A DNA stretch of 42,285 nt from assembly GCA_000388065.2 (NCBI GenBank), contig KB932206.1, one strand, 5' to 3'. Below, piece by piece: positions 36,085 to 42,285 of the stretch. This stretch comes from Fonticula alba ATCC 38817 (lineage: Eukaryota; Protista; Nucleariida). Made by a program: the position numbers and the translations under genes. Numbering within the stretch: position 1 is the stretch's first letter; the number at the start of each line of letters is the position of its first letter. The notes below the pieces were generated by a model, which had not been told where the DNA came from, did not search any database, and saw only the letters and a program-made list of their open reading frames with translations.

Positions 36085-36646
36085 AGCGAGCCTCGGGGGC
36101 CCATCCTGCGGTTTGCCCCGGTGCTCCCTTCCCCCCCCCCCCCCGCCCCCTCCCCTTGCCCCGCAAGATCGCCACCCGGCGTCTGCCGGCTGTCTGGTCC
36201 AATAGATGCGCGCACGTGACCCTTCTGGAAGTGGGGATTCAGCGTACTGGACGAGCAAACGATGACTTGGTTGGGCACCATCCCTCTGGCTCTTTTCTTT
36301 CCTGGTGGAGGTGTGGGGGGGGGGGGGGGGGGGGGGGGGGAGGGGCCATGGCGGACATGCTGTGTGGGGCAAAGGGGCACAAGGANNNNNNNNNNNNNNN
36401 NNNNNNNNNNNNNNNNNNNNNNNNNNNNNNNNNNNNNNNNNNNNNNNNNNNNNNNNNNNNNNNNNNAAAAAAAAAAGCCACTGCTTTCCAGGCCGCCGGC
36501 GCCTGACGGCCCGTCAGTTCCACCTCCCCTCCAGCGCCAGCCGCAAATAGCTCTCCCTTTTCCTCCTACTTCCTGGCTTTCCTCCCTTTCGCCCCTTGAC
36601 CCCTCGCCCCTTTCTCAGGGCTGTTCACGCCCGCCATCCCGCCATC

Positions 36647-37101
36647 ATGTCCGACAAGAGTTTCCACTTCGAGTCGCAGAACACCGACTTCATCCACCAC
36701 AGCGACTTCCAGGATGTGTCGAATTACTGTGCGTGCGCTTGCTCCCATTGGCTTGCCCGCAACTTCCCTCTTGCGCGACATGCTCTCCCCTCGCAACTCA
36801 TCTTCCCCCTGTTATCTGACCTCCTCCCCCCCTCCGGCAGACCCTGAGGAGAATGAGGATGACCTCCTGGACAACTATGACCCCGAGGGCGCTCGATATG
36901 ATGCGGACAGCAGCGAGCAAACCGCCGCCCAGGAGATCATCGACCACCCGCCACCCTCCTTCAGCGAGTCGGTTGGTATTCCGGCCACCCAGCCAGCTCA
37001 GGAGGCTGGCCCCGCTTCGGAGGCTGGTCCGGAGGTGCGTGTATGGATGGGGTTTCCGCTCTGCTCTTTTCCTTGCTTGGCGTCCTCCCGGCGCCTTCTT
37101 T

Positions 37102-37133
<32 letters not shown>

Positions 37134-40100
37134 CCCCCCCCCCACCTGCTGGTCTAATCTCTCGCTGCCAAACCCACACACATCACCATAGTCCTATGCC
37201 TACCGGCCCAGCCCCCACCATGGCGAGGTGGAGGTCGGTGCCACCCATGTTGGCAGCGGTCCGCTGTATCCCCGCCTGAGTGATGGTCAGCCTCCGGCCA
37301 CCGAAACAACCGAGTCCTTCGCCGCTCCCCCTCGGCCGACCGAGCAGTATATGCACGATGTGCAGGATCTCCGCCAGGCCCCGGGAGCCGTGTCCATTGG
37401 CGCGCACTTCCCCCCGGCCGGTCCCATGGCCCCGATTGGCCTGACGCAGCCCGGCCTCTTCCCGGAGACATGTTTATGCCTTCTTTGGGCTTGGGGCGGG
37501 GAGGGTTGTGTGCTGGATGCCGCTCCTGGGGGGGGGGGGGGCACAAAAGTCTCCCCGCCTGGGACACATTGGGGCGGGCATGGACCGTTTGGGCAAGGGG
37601 CGCAGGATCAGCATGGGTGCCGGCTTCTGTGCCATATTATTTTCTCCTTTCCACTCCAGGCGGTCTGCGTCAGGGGAGCAATTTGAACAAATGATAACGC
37701 CGATCCGGCGCCCCCGACGGCGAGGGGCAGGGGGTCTTTTTCACGAGCCACCAGTTCCTAGCCCCCTTTTTTGCTTGGGGAGGGCGTGGGGGCCCGGGTG
37801 GCTGAGCCGTCGCCCTCCGCACAGGCTTTCGGGCCCATTGGCCCCCATCATCCAAGCATGTTGGCCGTTGCCTGCCCGCCAGCACGCCCCCCTCCCCCCT
37901 CGCCTTGCCGCGCCTGGTGGCGGGGAAAAAAAAAANNNNNNNNNNNNNNNNNNNNNNNNNNNNNNNNNNNNNNNNNNNNNNNNNNNNNNNNNNNNNNNNN
38001 NNNNNNNNNNNNNNNNNNNNNNNNNNNNNNNNNNNNNNNNNNNNNNNNNNNNNNNNNNNNNNNNNNNNNNNNNNNNNNNNNNNNNNNNNNNNNNNNNNNN
38101 NNNNNNNNNNNNNNNNNNNNNNNNNNNNNNNNNNNNNNNNNNNNNNNNNNNNNNNNNNNNNNNNNNNNNNNNNNNNNNNNNNNNNNNNNNNNNNNNNNNN
38201 NNNNNNNNNNNNNNNNNNNNNNNNNNNNNNNNNNNNNNNNNNNNNNNNNNNNNNNNNNNNNNNNNNNNNNNNNNNNNNNNNNNNNNNNNNNNNNNNNNNN
38301 NNNNNNNNNNNNNNNNNNNNNNNNNNNNNNNNNNNNNNNNNNNNNNNNNNNNNNNNNNNNNNNNNNNNNNNNNNNNNNNNNNNNNNNNNNNNNNNNNNNN
38401 NNNNNNNNNNNNNNNNNNNNNNNNNNNNNNNNNNNNNNNNNNNNNNNNNNNNNNNNNNNNNNNNNNNNNNNNNNNNNNNNNNNNNNNNNNNNNNNNNNNN
38501 NNNNNNNNNNNNNNNNNNNNNNNNNNNNNNNNNNNNNNNNNNNNNNNNNNNNNNNNNNNNNNNNNNNNNNNNNNNNNNNNNNNNNNNNNNNNNNNNNNNN
38601 NNNNNNNNNNNNNNNNNNNNNNNNNNNNNNNNNNNNNNNNNNNNNNNNNNNNNNNNNNNNNNNNNNNNNNNNNNNNNNNNNNNNNNNNNNNNNNNNNNNN
38701 NNNNNNNNNNNNNNNNNNNNNNNNNNNNNNNNNNNNNNNNNNNNNNNNNNNNNNNNNNNNNNNNNNNNNNNNNNNNNNNNNNNNNNNNNNNNNNNNNNNN
38801 NNNNNNNNNNNNNNNNNNNNNNNNNCCCGAAGGGCCATCTGGTTTCCCCCCCCCCCCCTCCCCCCTTTCCTGCTCGCTAATCCCCCTCGAATAGGTTACC
38901 TCGAATGCCCTGTCCGGGGATGTGTATACGGTGAAGCGGCGGTTCAGCGACTTCGACAAGCTTTGCAACATCATGCACCAGATCTATCCGACGGTGGTGG
39001 TTCCCCCCTGCCCGGCCAAGAAGATGGTCGGCCGTTTGGAAGGGGACTTCATCGACAGCCGGCGCATGGCGCTGGAGGACATGCTGCGCCGGATCCTGCA
39101 GCACCCGGTCCTGTCGCGGTCCGAAGCGCTCGCGCGCTTCCTCCGCGCCGAGACCATCGCCGATGTGGAGCGTCTGCCTGCGGAGTTGCGCGCGGCCGCC
39201 GCCGCTGAGGGGGAGATCGTGTCGATTGGCGCTGGTGGCGCCAATCCGGGGACGCGCAGCCGGCGCGACTCGGTGGCCTCCACGCACTCGGTGGCCTCGC
39301 AGTACTCCCTGGCGTATGGGCGCCCGTCGTCCGGGTCCTTCAAGGCCGATGCCAATGTCCGTGCCTCCTGGATCGGGCGTCTCATGGACACTCTGGAGCT
39401 GGGCGATCTGGGTGTCATCATCAGGTGCGTGCCCGGCTGCCGGCTGCTGTGCAGCAGTCCAATCCCCAGGTGGAGCAGCTTGTTCCTCGTGCCGCTCTTC
39501 ATTCTCTCCTTTACGCTGTCCTGATCGGCCCTTCGCTCTTCGTCTCCCTTGCTGCATGCAGACACTAACCCTCACTGCGCCCCTTGGATAGCCCGCCTGT
39601 GGACCCGGATCCCTGGTTCTCGAACATGGCAGCTCGCCTGGACATGCTGGAGGTGGACCTGGAGCAGGTCGCGTCGACGGCTGAACGTTCGCGCAGCGCC
39701 TGGCTGGCCCTCGGCTTCTCCCTCGATGGGTATTGGGACGCGGTGGACATGCTTGGGCCGCACACGGCCTTCTTCACCGGTCCTGGGCAGACGGCCGACA
39801 TCTCGTCCTTCGATGCTGGCAGTGAGTTTGGTGGGTCGATCGGCGCATCGGCCTCCAGTGACATGATGGCTTCCGGCGGGGCGGCCCCCTCCTCCCTGGG
39901 CAAGTCTCCGGCCGCCGGTGCGGCCTCGTTGCCCCTGCACCAGCACGCCACGCAGACGGGGGAGCTGCCCATTTTCGATACCCTCAAGCGGCAGGTGGCC
40001 TTCCAGCGGAGTGTCGATTCGCACGCGCTGCAGTCCTCGATGGACTCGTTGGACATTGTGTCTCTCGGCATTGTGGATGTGCACCTGCGCTACATCAGCA

Positions 40101-40779
40101 GTGTGCGCCGGGTTTTGGTGTCGCGCCAGTCCGCCCTCAACGTACGTGGGTTTGCCACTCCGGAATGATGGGACCCCCCTCTTTTTTGTCTGGGATCCTC
40201 TCTCTCTCTCTCTCTTTCTTTATCTTGCTCTCCCTTGCTCTCCTTCTCTCTCTCTCTCTCTCTCTCTCGGTACTCTGATCAGCGCCACATGTGCATGTGG
40301 CCGTATGCACTCGTACACGCAAACTGACTGACAAATGGATTCCCCCCTCCTCCCCCTCTTGATGCTATGCATAGCGCTGGGGCTCTCTCCAGCGCCAGCT
40401 CCTCAGCATCTCCGAGCAGCTGGACAAGCAGCTGGCCAACAACCCCGGGTCGCGGTCGGTCCCGCGTCTGCGCAGTGAGCTGACCCTGGTGCAATCGAGC
40501 ATTCTCGCCACCCGGTATGCCTTCGAGGTGGACTGTGTCCTGGCCCGGCGGGAGATTGAGGACTGGCTGCGGCAGATGTATGTCGATGTCCGGATCCTGA
40601 CCAACCGCCTGAGCCAGCTGACCACCCAGTCTTGGGCGCAGATGGAGGGCCTCTTTTTGAGCCTCGGCACTCGGAGACCGGCCGGGCCTCCGGCCGTGAG
40701 CGAGGCCACCCCGGCCGCGCTCTCTCCCCAGGTGGAGTCCACTCCCAAGGCCACTCACGACCAGAAGGTTGTCCTCTAA
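36647..40779 (+). CDS. PX-BAR sorting nexin (Vps5/SNX1-2-like); middle interrupted by an assembly gap
   Basis: Exons 36647-36728, 36841-37034, 37192-~37471, [gap 37936-38825], 38895-39424, 39592-40141, 40375-40779. PX core VYTVKRRFSDFDKL...PPCPAKKMVGRLEGDFIDSRRMALEDMLRRILQHPVL. DPDPWF at the BAR start, then helical C-terminus. Linking the acidic N-terminal exons to the PX exons across the gap is inferred. Confidence 0.8.
37936..38825. other. Assembly gap (890 N) inside the sorting nexin gene
   Basis: Continuous Ns. The first beta strands of the PX domain are absent from the flanks, so at least one exon probably lies in the gap. Confidence 0.95.
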
Positions 40780-41159
40780 GGATGTGTGAAAGACTCGTGG
40801 CCGGTGCCGTAGAGGGGGCGGCAGGCGGCGGCCCCCGTGCCCACCGCGCCCTGTGACATGTGTGCCGGAGGATGCTGCACTGTGCAATGTGCGGGGTTCA
40901 TCCTCTTTTCCACCTCTTTCCCGCCCTCCCTTCCGATGGCCCCCCCTTTTTCCCCCTCGGGGAGGGGGCCAAGGGCAACAGGAACATGCCACATAGCAAT
41001 ACAAAAGCAAAGCCAAATGCTACACATGTGCTCAGCGAGAACACATATACCGGAGCCGGAGGGGGGGGGGGGGGGGGGGGGGGGAAACACACGGGCGGGG
41101 GGGTGGTTGGGGAGAAAGAGAGCCGCGTATTTTGGGAGGAGGGGTAAAAAAACGCCGAA

Positions 41160-41194
<35 letters not shown>
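41160..41194. repeat. Poly-G homopolymer (about 35 nt) between the convergent SNX and ABC 3' ends
   Basis: Directly visible G run. A second G run lies at about 41060-41084. Confidence 0.9.
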
Positions 41195-41195
<1 letters not shown>

Positions 41196-41309
41196 TGAGC
41201 TCTGCGCGAAGAGAGCACCACTGAGGGAGGAAGGGGGCCCTCATGAAAGGCCAGGCAGGGTGTGCATATCGAGGGCCGGGGAACGGCGCCAGCAGTCAAG
41301 ACCAGCTCG

Positions 41310-42174
41310 CTACTGGATCCACTTGCGCGCGTCGCGCACGACCCACGATCCGCCGCGGAAAATCTCCAGGACCTTGCTCTGAAGACGCTCCTCCTGTTGG
41401 TCATTATGGGTGACAATGACCGCCAGCGACTGGGAGCTGAGTAGCAGCTCCTCGGTGGCCATGGTGGCCTCGGTGTCCAGGGCAGAGGTCGGCTCGTCCA
41501 AGAGCAGGAGATCCGGTCGCCGGGAAAAGGACATTGCGAGGGCTGAGAGAGACGAGGGGGGGGGGGGGGGAGGCACAAAATGCTGGTGAGTAAGCGCGCT
41601 TGCCATCGCCGAACGGGCAGAAGCATCGAGGATGCCATATCGAGGGCAGGAAGCACGACGGACAACCCGGCCAAGACACGTACAAATGCGTTGGACCTCT
41701 CCACCACTCAGCTGATTCCAGGGGGTCTCCCACCGCTCGGGCGAGATAAACAAGCACTCGCCAACCTCGATCGGATCGAGCGAGGGCCCGAGGGATTTCT
41801 CGCGCTGGCTTTGAGAGGACAGACCGGCCGTCCACCGGACCATGTCGCTCGGGGTGTCATCTTGCACCGGCGGCCGCTGGGGAACATACATGACTGAGGT
41901 TCGCCAGGCGGGCTGGGTCACCTCCTTGGGCGTGCTGGATGGCGGGGGACGGCAGGAGGGAAGGTGTGTCAGGGCCAGGGGCGGGGACTTTCTTCCATGG
42001 CAGGCAGGCAGGCAGGCAACAAGAAGAGGAGGAGGCGGAGATCCGGCCGGAAGTGGCATCATACGCACCGGCCATTCAAACGGATGGTCGCGCCGCCATC
42101 GTCCTTCTCCAGGGCAGCCAGGCACTTGAGCAGGGTCGTCTTGCCAGTGCCACTGGGACCACGGACGCAGATGA
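41310..42174 (-). CDS. Stand-alone ABC ATPase (single NBD; STAR1/ABCI17/FetA-like), 5' end not resolved or outside the window
   Basis: Exons 42174-42069, 41934-41684, 41542-41310, all in frame. Walker A GPSGTGKTT, Q-loop MYVPQ, signature LSGGE, Walker B LLLLDE, D-loop PTSALD, H-loop IVTHN. No TM domain after the NBD. Confidence 0.88.
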
Positions 42175-42285
42175 CTATAGCCGGCGGGGCGGGGGGGGGG
42201 GGGGAGGGGCGGGGAGGGCAGGATGTAGACATGTGTGAGCATGGCCGAGCGGACAGCCAAAGACGCCCGGGAACAATGGAGAGGG

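Noticed and set aside
37508-39208. Very long ORFs (329-566 aa) in the track, likewise around 32678-33982
   Set aside because: Artefacts of translating through N-runs.
1-42285. tRNA, rRNA, snRNA genes, transposons, viral or prophage-like segments
   Set aside because: By eye I saw no cloverleaf, rRNA-like block, transposase or RT motifs, terminal repeats or compositional island. Small ncRNAs cannot be excluded without Infernal or tRNAscan-SE.

Overview
GC-rich, intron-rich eukaryotic genomic DNA from a draft assembly with 7 N-gaps. It looks like a unicellular opisthokont, reminiscent of Fonticula-type protist assemblies; that taxon is an inference, not a search result. I assembled 12 spliced protein-coding genes by hand from GT-AG junctions that keep the frame: a J-domain (DnaJ) protein (-), a UBA + 5x Tudor protein (+), a secreted Lys/Ala/Glu repeat protein (-), eIF3i (+), a bZIP transcription factor (+), importin alpha (+), SURF6/Rrp14 (-), RPB6 (+), RNASEK/V-ATPase subunit f (+), TRMT11 (+), a PX-BAR sorting nexin (+, interrupted by a gap) and a 5'-truncated stand-alone ABC ATPase (-). 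All 11 called start codons have A at -3. Most of the long ORFs in the supplied track are GC-rich or antisense artefacts. I found no rRNA, tRNA, CRISPR array or transposon. The window is mostly housekeeping. The best candidates for novelty are the UBA-5xTudor protein (a possible methylarginine/ubiquitin dual reader), the secreted KAEK-repeat protein, and a strong GTRCGT (+4C) splice-donor bias. I see no evidence for a multi-gene novel system.
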